A DNA stretch of 63,785 nucleotides, filler included, from Diploschistes diacapsis (GCA_023645945.1; 26 parts of 26 records of this genome joined end to end with filler, not necessarily neighbours in it); one strand, 5' to 3'; positions 23,401 through 36,321 are shown, numbered from the whole stretch's first letter. Numbers and translations are program-made. The notes: a model not told the origin generated them from the sequence alone.

Positions 23401-26306
23401 AATAGCGGTAGCTTGATTTCCAACGCCAGCAACGCAACGCCGCCTGAGCAATCCAGGGTACCAGATCACAGCTTGTATCGGCACTTGCGCTGACGCCAGT
23501 ATAACTTATCCGGGTACAGCAACTATAAACATCTTGAAGGTGCTTTGGTGTGCGAGTAGCTGCATCCCATATGTTAGGTAAGCAATCTATGTCATACCCT
23601 CTACCATTCTCATGGACAGAGGACACGAAGAGATAACTTACTAAAGGCTAGACTCCCGTCCAACAGCAGCTTGCTCGCTTCTCATGTACTATAATTTCTA
23701 CCCTACAGCCCGTTGGAGAGCACAACCGAGTATCGTTTAGGTCTCATTTGGCTTCAAATGATTTACCTCAAATCAGATCTCATGCTATTGTTGTCTCAGA
23801 CCAAAAACACGTTCGAGGAGCGCTCCATGCGTCCGTACTATTATGTTGAGTGACTGTTAGCATGTGGATAGGTACTTATGGCACGTACCTCTTGACGATC
23901 TACCCCTCTCACCAGCCATACTCGGTAACTACCAATAACTTGACTGCAATCCCACACCGGTTTCTCCTAGCTGGAACAAACCACGGCAGCCTCACACGCT
24001 ACAAGCTCTGCGAGCTACAGCACTGCTTGCGCGCGATACCCCAAGTTGGCGTGATCGGTTCTCTTCTCCACCAGCTAGTTTGTAATGCTGACTGGTGTTT
24101 CGCACGTACCGTTGAACAGAGAAAAGCCTCCATTCTAACGTCTTTGGAAGCATGTGATTTCAGTTTGCGATCATTGCGGGTTGGTTTTCTTATCTTGGTG
24201 CGCTCATGTCATTTCGACGATATCGGGTTTTCTATCGCTCCGAGGCAAGTGGAAGACCACCCAGACTCGTAACTTCTCAATACGTGGCCAGGATGAGTGC
24301 GCTTCAAGACGGTAACGTTTTACGCCTGGACCACGTTGATCTGCATACCATGGAAGATTTCTCCTGAATGGAGGGGCTGATAGGATATGCTTTATATGGA
24401 CGTGCAAGATAAAGCACTGGAGGGATGTGCCGCGAAGTGGTGTGAGGTCGCGTGGGGCGGACATGTTTTGTTTTTTTGGAAAGGCAAGGCTTGCTCCACT
24501 TCCTGGGAAGCCGCAATAAGCTCCGCTGCAAGGAACATTGGACGATGAATATGACCTTCAACGACTGCAGATTTGTTGATTGTTAAGGTTGGCGACCACG
24601 GGCACGACGCCGTGCACGAATGGAGAAATATTACCCCAGGGCTGTACCGACCTGCTTTCCGCTATACTGCCAATGATTGCGAAAGCCGCCGGATATTGGA
24701 ACACGAAGGTCCAACGACACTCCCGAGTCTCTGTTGGCGCGGACGTCTCACGTCTCCTTGAATCCTTTATGAGTGGGTCTATCCTGGCTATTTCAATCTA
24801 CCGTTAAGCACCTCCTTAACTGCGAGAAGAACTTGTAGCCATCACGCGCATTGCGGGAAAGTGGAACAAGGTACAGAAATAGAGACAACACGGCGTATTT
24901 TGACTCACTTCTCCAAGAGTCCCCGATCTTTGGTCTCGAGCCGGGGCATTCACAGGTGGAACCCGTAGCATCACAGAAAGCACCATTCGTGAGGCGAAGG
25001 TGTTCACGATGTTGTTGCATCCGAGCAGACCGTGCCAATGGCTGAAGATTGGGGGATGCCTCTAGGTAACAGATTTGCCAACTGAAATACTGCATTTGTA
25101 GAGCGATAATCGGAAGGCTTGCAAGCGGTCGAGCAGAAGTGGTGCCATCTACCAGGAATGCTTTCTTGCTAGGTTTTACTTTTTGCTGCTAGGTTTTTAT
25201 CCTAATGAAATGGCAGTGGATGCCTCACTCATCTGTTTTCTGCTCGTACTCTTCAACAGCCGAGCCAGTTTGCGCGTCGATTTTGATCTCCATGCCGTTT
25301 TCAGACGCCAAACTAGATTCATCAAATATCTAATATTGATCCCTCAACGCCCCAACAGGGACTCTCATAACATACATTATGGGGCGTGGGCCAAAGCCCG
25401 CCATCATCCTAGTCGCCTTCCTGCGCTCGTGCGGTAATGCCAACGCACTGACAGTGGCAGAAGCCCGAACCCAAAAAACCACTCCCAAGCAGCCCCTCTT
25501 CTCCTATGCTGCTATTCTTCGTGAGCTACAAGCGCAAGGGCTTGTATGCATCGGAACTGGGGACCCGATTGAGAAGGGGGCTTGCAGGTAGGTAGCGTTT
25601 CTCAACGCTATGGTCGTTCGCTTAGAACCTTGAGGGCTGGCTGCATTTACGAAAAACTAATCTGGGTGGGATGTTATCCAAAGTGCATTTGTCGAAACTC
25701 AACTACTGACCAACATCTTCTGATGATTCTGTACTGCACATTTGCTTTTTTACACCTGCATTTTCCATCTCGTCCAGCGGGCCCGTGATTCGCGGGCTTC
25801 AAAGAAAATTCGCATACAAGACCAGCCACAGCTACTACCCTCACGTCCATCGCCGACCAAAGAAAGATGAAAGCCTGACAACGGGCTGATACGTCTTCGC
25901 TACGTCTTCGCTTTGTTGTCAACTATCTAGATTTAACCACAATGTGAGTACACTCCTCAGTCTTCTCCTCGTAATTGTGGGTTCCAATCTCGATGCAGAG
26001 ACAGCTGTCCGAGAACCACTTGCGGACGCTGCGCCTTTGAACGGCGAATTATCTACCGCAGCGCTCATCTATTATTCGCTTTCGTTTCTTTTATCGTCGC
26101 TCAAGCGGTACATCCTGTGTTCTGAGCGTGCGCTCTTTGGACCGAAATGGGGCTTCTGTGAGCGGAGTTGGCCGCATAGGACGCTCGTTATCTACNNNNN
26201 NNNNNNNNNNNNNNNNNNNNNNNNNNNNNNNNNNNNNNNTTAATTAATTAANNNNNNNNNNNNNNNNNNNNNNNNNNNNNNNNNNNNNNNNNNNNGTTCA
26301 TTATAG

Positions 26307-26519
26307 TAGGCTGGCCGTTTCGTGTCACGGTTACTGACACGGACACTGCAGCAAAAATTTTCGAAACATGGACACTGACACGGACATTATAGTTAAAATT
26401 TTAAAACATTGATATTAATACGGATACTGTATTTCCGTGGATCCACGGACACGGACACCGTAACTAAAAAATCTAAAACACGGACACTAACACTATCAGT
26501 GTCAGTGACGGCCAGCCTA
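26307..26519. mobile_element. Complete hAT-like MITE, 213 bp
   Basis: Perfect 12-bp TIRs TAGGCTGGCCGT...ACGGCCAGCCTA; no coding capacity. Confidence 0.85.
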
Positions 26520-27435
26520 GTTTATTTTCTTAAATATAATTAGATAGAAAGACGGTACCTATCTAAAAACATCCTTATTTCTGACCGTATTTATATTATC
26601 CGTAAATATTCCGCTAAATAAATACAATTAATAATACGTCCTATAATCTTCTTCCTTTCCTTTATCTTCCTTCCTCTCGTCACGACCAGCAGGAGATTAA
26701 TTACAAATAAATAAATAAAAAAATAAATTAACAAACAAATCATATAAAAAAACAAATAAATATATTAAACGAAAAAACAAGAATACTATAAAGTTAATAA
26801 ACAAAACAAACAACCGCGTAAATAACAAACAATACCCTATTATAAGCCCTTAAGTTTTATAATATCTATTATACCCTATTCCTTTAATCATACTACCCAT
26901 TCCTTTCCGCTCTCTTCCTCCTTATCCTACCTAGATTCCATCTCCTTCAAACTAAAATCCAGATCATCCTCCTCCTCCTCATCCTTCTCGTCCTTATCCT
27001 CCTCTTCCTCCTCGTTAGGAAGAGGCGTAAACCTCCCTATTTCCCAATAATCTACTCCTTCCCTTATCAATATCTCAAAAAAACTCTTTCCAACAGAATT
27101 ATATAGCTCCTATTCGGCTAACTTAATAATAAACAAATGTTACTTTAACGCCCAGATTACCTTCTCGATCCATTCTTAGAAATAAATATTCTTAATTTCT
27201 AATCGGAAAATCTTTATTTATTCTTTTATAACTAGAAGATCCGTTCATCTTTTCTTTTTTATTAACGCGTTCGAGATTATTTTAAACCCGATAACCAGAA
27301 TTACTGCTTTAAAAGAATACGGCACGCTTTTATATNNNNNNNNNNNNNNNNNNNNNNNNNNNNNNNNNNNNNNNNNNNNTTAATTAATTAANNNNNNNNN
27401 NNNNNNNNNNNNNNNNNNNNNNNNNNNNNNNNNNN

Positions 27436-27949
27436 CGGTAATAATATTGATTCTTTAGATTTAATAAAACACGTAAGGATCAACGATCGTTTCAAACACG
27501 TTGATATTACTTATTATTACGTACGAGATCTTATTAACTAAGGACGTATTAGAATATTTTATGTTTTTATCGATAAAATGATTCTTGACGGGTTTACGAA
27601 ACCATTAAACTACTTAAAGCACGACGTCTTTATTAAGGGACTCGACCTAGTTTAAAAGATATTTAGTTGGACTATATAGACATGTTGGACGATTCCGCCT
27701 ATGGAGGAATGTTGAATAAATAGGTAGAAGGCATAATTAAGAACTCGACTGAGTTCTAGTTACAGGTTCAATTTAATTGAATTCTAAAGTTTAGTTTAGC
27801 TGAACCTTCTGGGATTCTGACTAGATCGATCGGGAGTAGGTTTGGTAATAAGGTTTAGCGGATCCCGTAGGATATAAAAGTTTGCGTAGTAGGATATCTT
27901 CATAGGATCAGACCTCTAGACTTCAATATTTCCATTACGTTGCCAAACA
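27436..27949 (+). mobile_element. Ty1/copia 3' end (RNase H relic, PPT, 3' LTR 27710-27949)
   Basis: Relic INDRFKHVDITYYYVRDL...MILDGFTKPL (copia RNase H: R.KHIDI.YH..R...ADG.TKPL), then a purine tract and LTR TGTTGA...TGCCAAACA. Confidence 0.88.
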
Positions 27950-28300
27950 GTTATTTCCTTTCTTATTAGTATTCTTATTAATACGAGTCTTTACCTCTCG
28001 TAACAAAATCTATTAATTAAGGTTTTTCTTAATTCCTGTTCGAGAAGTATCGCATAATACTTTCTATTTCATTCGTCTTAATCGCCATAACTACGTCTAA
28101 ACGAGATATATTAATATACGCATATCCGTCTAATTCAAAGATCCGTGTCTTGAAATTAATCGTTAAATTATGAATATTCAGCCAAAAATCTCCGAAGATA
28201 ACGTCGTAAATAGCCATATTTATTAAATCGAAAATACGTTTCATAACCTATAAAACGTTACGTGTCGTTACGATTCCGAATATATGTGTATTTTTTTTAA
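27950..28300 (-). mobile_element. Ty3/gypsy aspartic protease relic (target of the copia insertion)
   Basis: FDLINMAIYDVIFGDFWLNIHNLTINFKTR resembles the retropepsin C-terminal motif DVILG.PWL..HNP.IDW. Confidence 0.7.
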
Positions 28301-28595
28301 TTCGCAATTCTTTATTTTTAATCGTCGTGCATAAGAAGTTAAAATAACATTTATTATAATATTTAAACCGATCAATATCCGCACGGCGTATCAATCCGAT
28401 CTAATCTTAAAAATAATTTAGATTCTCTGTCGTTCTAAAGCCGTTTTGCCAGCGCTTATGTCTATAATATATAGCNNNNNNNNNNNNNNNNNNNNNNNNN
28501 NNNNNNNNNNNNNNNNNNNTTAATTAATTAANNNNNNNNNNNNNNNNNNNNNNNNNNNNNNNNNNNNNNNNNNNNCTCCCTCCCTCCCTCCAGCA

Positions 28596-29615
28596 TCATC
28601 CCAAAACGCCCTTGAAGCCCCGATAGGCGCCCTCGACCTCGAACTCGATCTCCCGCCTCCCCTCCTCGTCCAGCTCCTCGTGCGCCCGCATCCCGTTCAG
28701 GCGGATGAGCCACTTGATGATGCTGGCCCTGCCGTCGAAGTCGGCGTCCGTGACCCTGTTGGTGGCCTGGATGACCTCGGACAGGAGCGGGTGCAGCTGG
28801 TCCTTGCTGGCCATCCCGAGCCGGAGCGCGTCGAGGAAGGTGATGAAGTTCTCCGTCGCCAGGATGGCCGACTGCGTGCTGGGCGGCGCGGCCGCCATCG
28901 TCGAGGCGCGCGCCGCGGCCCCGCCCGCGCCCGTGGACGAGGACAGCGGCCCCGCTGCCGCTGCCGCTGCCGCTGCCGTCGAGGCCGCCTGCGCGATCGT
29001 CGCCGGCAGCCCCGTGCGGATCCGCTCGCTCGCGCGCGGGCACTCGATCTGTTGTTTTTTTCCTCCCCTTCCGCGCAACGCGCGCGCCCACCCCGGTTAG
29101 CTAGAGTTCCCGCCGGCCACGCCAACGCACACATACACACACACACACGCGCGCGGATAGGAAAGATGTGGGGGGGGAAAGCACCCAAAGGAAACACGAA
29201 ACATGAAAAAACATCCCGCAAAAAGATATCCAAAACCGCTGGGGATCGGATTGGAATTTGGGGGGGGGGATGCCGGGTGCCACCGGGCCTTTTGCTTACC
29301 TGCCACCGGGCGGCGAAGTCCTCCAGCGCGCCGAACTCGCGCTCGACCCGGCCCGTCCCGTTCCCGTCCCCGAGGTTGCCGCGGTACTGCTTCAGCAGGC
29401 GGGCGCACAGCTCCGTGTACTCGGCCTCGGGCACCGAGTCCTTGTTGAAGGCCTTCTCCAGGCCCTCGAGCGCGACCAGGATGCTGTAGATCTCCGCGAG
29501 CGAGTCGAGCAGGTCGCGCGCCGAGGACGACGGCCGCGGCAGCGACACGGCGTGGTCGAGCGAGATGCTGGTGTGCAGCGTCGAGGGCCGGTAGGGGTGC
29601 CCCAGGGGGGGGGCC
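28596..29615 (-). CDS. VPS28: ESCRT-I subunit Vps28, 5'-truncated (exons >29615-29300 and 29048-28596)
   Basis: RDLLDSLAEIYSILVALEGLEKAF...EYTELCARLLKQY; IECPRA.ERIRTGLPATI; ATENFITFLDALRL...KDQLHPLLSEVIQ...IIKWLIRLNGMRA. One 251-nt GTAAGC..GCTAAC..CAG intron (29299-29049). Confidence 0.95.
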
Positions 29616-29715
29616 NNNNNNNNNNNNNNNNNNNNNNNNNNNNNNNNNNNNNNNNNNNNTTAATTAATTAANNNNNNNNNNNNNNNNNNNNNNNNNNNNN
29701 NNNNNNNNNNNNNNN

Positions 29716-30249
29716 GTCCCGGACACTGACACGGCCGTGGCAGTGTACGTGTTTTAAAATTTTTAGCCGTAATATCCGTGTCCGTGCTTTTATTATAATA
29801 TAATGTCCGTAAAAATATCCGTGTTTTAAAATTTTTAATCGTAATATCCGTATTAATAGATTTATTACCGTGTCCGTATATTCACCGAAACACTTTTAAA
29901 TAATATTTATTTTTTAATAATTTTAAAATTATTACGTTTATTTTTTATATTTTTATTTTTTTATTGCGATATTTCGATAGATTTACGATAATATTTCGAT
30001 AAATTTATTATAATATAATATCCGTAATAATATCGTGTTTTAAAAGATATGGCGGTAATGTCCGTAAAAGTATCCGTGTTTTAAAATTTTTCATCATAAT
30101 ATCCGTGTCCGTGCTTTTATTACAATATAATGTCCGTGGAAGTATCCGTGTTTTAAAATTTTAACAGTAATGTCCGTGGCAATATCGTGTTTTAAAAGTT
30201 TTCTCGGTAGTGTCCGTGGAAGTGTCCGTGGCACGAAACGGCCAGCCTA
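29716..30249. mobile_element. hAT-like MITE, near full length (>534 bp)
   Basis: Ends CCGTGGCACGAAACGGCCAGCCTA; CCGTGT arrays throughout. Confidence 0.8.
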
Positions 30250-30854
30250 ATACTCCGTTCTCATATCTAGATATATGGCGACGTTTCTTATTAATGCTTA
30301 ATCATCTAAGAAAACCTTTCTAGCCAGTCTTGCTCGCATCAATTCTCAGAATAATCGGTTGTATCTCGACCACCGTATAGTCCAACGGTTTCAGGATAGG
30401 AACATTAATAAATGATAATTTAAGGATATCTATGGCCTGCTACTGATAAAGACCTTATAAGAAAGATTAATCCTTTTTTAATAGTTTATATAGAAGATAA
30501 ACGATAACGGCAAAATCCTTAATCTAGATACAATAATAGACATATATTCTTAAGAATCTCTTAACTTGTATAATGTCTTTCGGAATAAGCTAATCTATTA
30601 TCTTTAAAACCTTCTTTGATTCTAGAGAATGTTCTTCCGGGGTGTAAAGATAATTCATTATCTTTAACTTTTTAATACATCACTATGACTTCCCTTCTAA
30701 GATAACCGTACCGGTTATTTCTATCGTATATAAAACTTAATCGATATTTTGTATNNNNNNNNNNNNNNNNNNNNNNNNNNNNNNNNNNNNNNNNNNNNTT
30801 AATTAATTAANNNNNNNNNNNNNNNNNNNNNNNNNNNNNNNNNNNNNNNNNNNN

Positions 30855-31533
30855 TTTTACGATTATTAATAAACGTTTTTTATTTTCGGTTTTTTTACGA
30901 AGCGTTATAAACTTAATATACGTCGATTTAAATATACGGGTTACTCGACTCGAATAACGTTAAATCGGATTAATTAGTTCTAAAACGGCTCGTAACGTTT
31001 AATTAAATTTTTTATTAATCTTTCGTAATTCGGTTATATTTAATAAAAAGTTATATAATAAAAATAAATCCAAATCGAATTAATTCGAGGTTAAAAAAGG
31101 GCTATAAAATGAAAATAAAGGGATCCGATAAATCGAATAGAGCTTATTAAACACGGTTATAAAATTAATAAATTATAATTCAATATTTATAAAATTTATT
31201 TAAGCGTTTTAACTCGTAACAGCTCGATTCCGAATTATTAAAAATAATTCGATTTATTCCGAACGTATTATACGCGATTTATTAAATCGAATAATATAAT
31301 CCGTCTTTTACGCCAACGCGCTTTTTAACGGCGAAAACACTACGACATCGAATAATTAAAGAAAATAAAAATTATACGAAAATAATATTATCAGATCGAT
31401 TCAATTAGACATATAAAAACGAATAATATTAACGGTAATATAATTATTATAATCGTTTATAATTAATAAACTACGCGTTTCGGATCGATTCGGTTTAATT
31501 AAAGATTTAAAAATACGTATAAACCATTAATAT
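30855..31533 (-). mobile_element. Fot1/pogo transposase relic
   Basis: The 5' part aligns by eye with 3135-3323 and differs by transitions. Confidence 0.7.
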
Positions 31534-31893
31534 TGAAACGCCAGCGCAGGAAAGGATGCTATTCCACCGGGGGCTGGGCCTGATCCGGAAGGATTAGGTG
31601 TAGCTTAGGCATCTGCAGGTAAAAGGTCTCGATTCGAAAAGCTGAAGAAGAAACTATCTAAATGGGAAGAAGGCACCGTTAAGTAATGTAAATGCCAGCC
31701 TACCGGGATTCGGGGATTACCCATCTACACAACCACCCCCTGACCCTGCCGTGTCTTAGCAAGCACCTGGGTATTGACCCTGCCGTGTCTTAGCAAGCAT
31801 CTGGGCATTGACCCTACCGTGGCTTGACAGGCCACGCTTGGCAGGCCCTTAGGCTGGGCTATCTCATTACTCCTTTCTCTAGATACTTATATT
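31534..31893 (-). mobile_element. Putative LTR family D copy inserted in the pogo relic
   Basis: Reverse complement of ~4730-5134, with ~3 copies of the 34-bp unit at ~31741-31830. Confidence 0.6.
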
Positions 31894-31993
31894 NNNNNNN
31901 NNNNNNNNNNNNNNNNNNNNNNNNNNNNNNNNNNNNNTTAATTAATTAANNNNNNNNNNNNNNNNNNNNNNNNNNNNNNNNNNNNNNNNNNNN

Positions 31994-32685
31994 ACGTATA
32001 AACATATCTTTTAATTATACGGTGGACCAATATCCTAAATAAACAAAAAATAAAATTCAATTTCAACGTTAATTATAAAAACTGAATATATTAATTTATT
32101 TTATATCGCCAAATAAGCCTTATAATGTTTATAATTTTTAAAAAATATTAGTTATTTTAATCTTATAGAACCATCTTTATATACTATTAATTTACTTGGT
32201 GATAATATTGATTCTTTAAATTTAATAAAGTACGTAAAGATCAACGATCGTTTAATACATATCAATATTACTTATCATTACATACGAGATCTAGTTAAAT
32301 AAAGACGTATTAAAATATTTTATATTTTTATCGATAAAATAGTTATTAATAAATTTATAAAATTATTAAATTATTCGAAGCACGACGCCTTTATTAATAA
32401 ACTCGGTTTAGTCTAAAAGATATCTAATTAAATTATATAGTTATGCCGGACGATTCCGCCTATAGGACAGTGTTGAGCAGATAGATAGAAGGTATGGCTA
32501 AAAATCTAACTAAGTTCCAAAAAGAGGTTCAGTTCAGCTGAACCTCCTAGAATCCCAACTAGACCGGTTTAGGAATAGTGTAGGTAATAGGACTTAGCGT
32601 ATCCCATAAAGATAAAAGTCTGTAAAGTAAGATAACCTCCTAGATAGACCTCTAGACTTCAATATATCCATTACGTTGCCAAACA
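31994..32685 (+). mobile_element. Ty1/copia 3' end (RNase H relic; 3' LTR 32471-32685)
   Basis: Relics LYGGPIS..KK..SIST....EY and INDRLIHINITYHYIRDL; LTR TGTTGAGCAG...TGCCAAACA. Confidence 0.88.
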
Positions 32686-33131
32686 TTATAGATGATTTGT
32701 TTAATAAATTAGTAATAACGAGGATGGTTTGATCCCTTTTATCTTAATGTTGTATTCGTATTAATAAAACTTGGTTTTCTATTTAGTCTTATTTATTGGA
32801 CCAGATCTTGTTTCTGAAGCTTGGACTTCGGAAAATTTACCTTCTTTCCATTTTTTAACCCTTTATTGCACTTTGCTTTTGAAATTTATTACTTTCTTTT
32901 TATATAATTAGATAATATCGGGATATGATATTTAAGTATCTCGTTTATTTCTTTAACTAATTATTTGATTTTATTATTTTGTATATGTCTTTTATCGAAA
33001 TAATTGATAGTTTTGATTAGACTTCCTAAACNNNNNNNNNNNNNNNNNNNNNNNNNNNNNNNNNNNNNNNNNNNNTTAATTAATTAANNNNNNNNNNNNN
33101 NNNNNNNNNNNNNNNNNNNNNNNNNNNNNNN

Positions 33132-33381
33132 TATTTCGATTTATAAAAACCATAACGCGTTTTTATATAACTAACTGTTTTTTAACGGAATAAATTAGTA
33201 AATAGATAGAATTACCGTTCTTCCGTTCTATCTATAAAAGGTAAAATAGTTCTTAAGGCTTTCTACTCATCACGTAATCGGCGTTATTATGATTAAATTA
33301 TATACAAGGAGTGGTTGAGAAGATGCCCGATCAGCTATGAAGTACCAAGTAGACTACCACCTAGTCACTTGGATCGTAACA
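33132..33381 (-). mobile_element. LTR family A variant B inserted into a MITE
   Basis: Ends CTAGTCACTTGGATCGTAACA at 33381 and abuts MITE-internal CCGTGT sequence. Confidence 0.75.
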
Positions 33382-33980
33382 AATGTCCGTGTTAATGTCC
33401 GTGTCGAGAAATTTTTTATTACGGTATCCGTATTCGTGTGTTCATCGAAATACTTTTAAATTATTTTTTATTTTAATAATTTTAGAATTATCACGTTTAT
33501 TTTTTACGCTTTTATTTTTTTTATAAATTATATCATAATGTTTCGGTAATATTATTATAAATTATAATATTCGTGTTAATGTCCGTATCGAGAAAATTTT
33601 TGTTACGATATTCGTGTCCGTGTTTTTATTATAATATAATGTCCGTGGAAGTGTCCGTGCCGAGAAAATTTTCGCGGTAGTGTCTGTGTCAGTGACCGTG
33701 GCACGCAACGGCCAGCCTAATTATAATATCCGTGTTCGTGGATTTACGGAAATATAATATCCGTATTAATATCCGTGTTTTAAAATTTTTTATTATGATG
33801 TTCGTATTCGTGTTTTTATTATAATATGGTGTCCGTGTTAATATCCGTGTTTTAAGGATTTTGCTGCGGTGTCTATGTCCGTGCTTTTACCGTAGTGTAA
33901 TATCCGTGTTAGTGTCCGTGCCGAGAAAATTCTTGCTGCAGTTTCCGTGTCAGTGTCCGTGGCACGAAACGGCCAGCCTA
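33382..33980. mobile_element. Two nested or tandem hAT-like MITE copies (TIRs ending 33719 and 33980)
   Basis: Two same-type ends GCACG(C/A)AACGGCCAGCCTA separated only by MITE-internal sequence. Confidence 0.75.
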
Positions 33981-35073
33981 ATTGAACGTTTATATTAATA
34001 ATCGACCAGATTCGCGTCAGCGATCATAAATTCGAAATAAAGCTTTAAATGCTCAAAAATTACTTTCAAATTAATATAAATAAACTGATTATTATTTCCG
34101 AAAAAAGTACCAAGACGTTAAAACAATTCTAATAACTTTTGCAACGTACTATAGGAAATACCTGCCTATNNNNNNNNNNNNNNNNNNNNNNNNNNNNNNN
34201 NNNNNNNNNNNNNTTAATTAATTAANNNNNNNNNNNNNNNNNNNNNNNNNNNNNNNNNNNNNNNNNNNNATATTACGTTTACGTCGTATTTCTCGCAATA
34301 TAATATCTTAAATTAAAATAATCGTTTTAATATCGTAAATTTCGTTTTGACGTACGTCCGTAAGTTTTAATATTAATTTTTTAAATTTTATTAACAGGAG
34401 ATACGGCAGACGCGTCTATTATGATTCTTTTTTTAAGATATTGATATTTCCTTTATATGGCCCAATGTCTTTTTTAACGGTCGTTATTAATATATATTTA
34501 TTTTTAATTTTTCGAGGTATTCTGATCTTTATACCCGGTATACTTATATGTGATTATATTCGTTAACCCGCTTCGTTTCATGTCGTAACGAATGCTTTAA
34601 CTTTAGCGATAGTAGGATTTATTATAGAGAAGTTGGTAGTATCTACTGCAAATTATACGTTTAATAAATTATTAATTAATTATTCTAATTTCGAAGGGTC
34701 TACTTCTGGTTCTAAAATTACTAAATTAAATAATTCGCGTAAAAGAAAGCCGTAGAATATCTCTAAGGGAAATAATCTAGTAATATTAAAGTGTATCGAA
34801 TTATTAATTATAAATTAAACTTTCGTTAGTTCTAATATCCAGTTTCGCTCATTCAATAATTCATTGATATAATAATAAAACGCTATCTCGATTATCTAAT
34901 TCGTTCGTTCCGAAAAACCATCTGTCTATAAATAATAAACTATCGAGACAAAGCCTATTATTTATAATTCCTTCAGAATTGTTTTCTAAAGATTCGATAA
35001 AAACTTTAGATCTCTGTCCGAAATTAATACGCGAGGTAGATCCTAATTCACGAACCTTAGTCTATAAACTAAA

Positions 35074-35307
35074 TGTTACGATCCAAGTGACTAGGTGGTA
35101 GCCACTGTTACGATCCAAGGTACTAGGCGGTAGTACTTGGCACGCAACAGCTAGTCGGGCACTTCTTAACCATTCCTTATATATAGTCCAATTATAGTAA
35201 CACGGGTCACGTGATGAATAACAGGTCTGAAAGACCGTTCTACTCAGTCGTAGGTAAAAGGGAAGAACGGTAATTCTATTCATCTATTCATCTACTCCAT
35301 TATAGGA
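35074..35307 (+). mobile_element. LTR family A nested 32 bp inside an LTR of variant B
   Basis: TGTTACGATCCAAGTGACTAGG at 35074 and TGTTACGATCCAAGGTACTAGG at 35106. Confidence 0.75.
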
Positions 35308-35588
35308 NNNNNNNNNNNNNNNNNNNNNNNNNNNNNNNNNNNNNNNNNNNNTTAATTAATTAANNNNNNNNNNNNNNNNNNNNNNNNNNNNNNNNNNNNN
35401 NNNNNNNACTTTAAATTAATTCGTTCTGTAGAAGTTCTAATTAAATCGATTAAAAAGGTTACGTCGAAGATTTTATTCTTTAATACGCGTATTAAAGAAT
35501 CATTTAAAGATTTTATAAAGCGTCTAAAACGGAAACGCGGGATCGATATTATAAAAAATAAGTTTTTCATTTCGGTTAAAGTTATTGA

Positions 35589-35866
35589 TAGGCTGGCCGT
35601 TACTGACACTGACACGGCCGTGTTAGTGACACGGACACTGACAGTGTTAGTGTTAGTGTTTTAGATTTTTTAGCTGCGGTGTCCGTGTCCGTGGATTTAC
35701 GGAAGTGTAATGTCCGTATTAATGTGAATATTTTAAAATTTTTAATTACGGTGTCCGTGTCCGTGTTTTTATTATAATGTAGTGTCAGTATCAGTGTCCG
35801 TGTTTTAAAATTTTTTTACTACGGTGTTCGTGTTAATAGATTTACGGAAATATAATCTCCGTGTCC
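35589..35866. mobile_element. hAT-like MITE interrupted by an LTR
   Basis: Starts TAGGCTGGCCGT; cut at 35866 by TGTTATGATC. Confidence 0.75.
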
Positions 35867-36321
35867 TGTTATGATCTCTATCTATACAAGGTATACACGA
35901 GTAGGATCAAGGTGGGTTTGGTTTCTGTTAGAAGAGGAGTATGGTAGGAGAAGAAGATAGAACAGTTATAGATCTTAGATTGTTTTTAAAAAGAAGGTTC
36001 TCTAATGATAGAAATAACGAATATAGATTGATCCCGAACAATTATTAAGGATATTTATAAAAATAAACACGTCCTTTTTCACGAAAATAAAGTCGTGTTT
36101 ATATATAATTAACTCGTTCGCCGCTTATCGTAAACTTAATAAACGATATTCTCGAAACTCGCCGCTTATAAAAATAAACGCGACCGTCGAACGGTAACGA
36201 AAATTTACTCGCCGTTCACGAGGATGAACGCGAGCAATAAGCGTATCACGTGATTTCTGATCTCGTGATTAATCTATATATAAAGTTAAGACGTGTTAAG
36301 TCTAATATTTAGATCGTAATA
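35867..36321 (-). mobile_element. Full-length family A (variant C) LTR, 455 bp, probably a 3' LTR
   Basis: Inverted ends TGTTATGATC...GATCGTAATA (RIP form of GATCGTAACA). A minus-strand purine tract TAAAAGAAAGGAATAA sits directly adjacent (36322-36337). Less-mutated copy at 62750-63188. Confidence 0.75.

Noticed and set aside
28528..29671. Several overlapping long ORFs around VPS28
   Set aside because: Stop-poor high-GC shadows; some run into N spacers.
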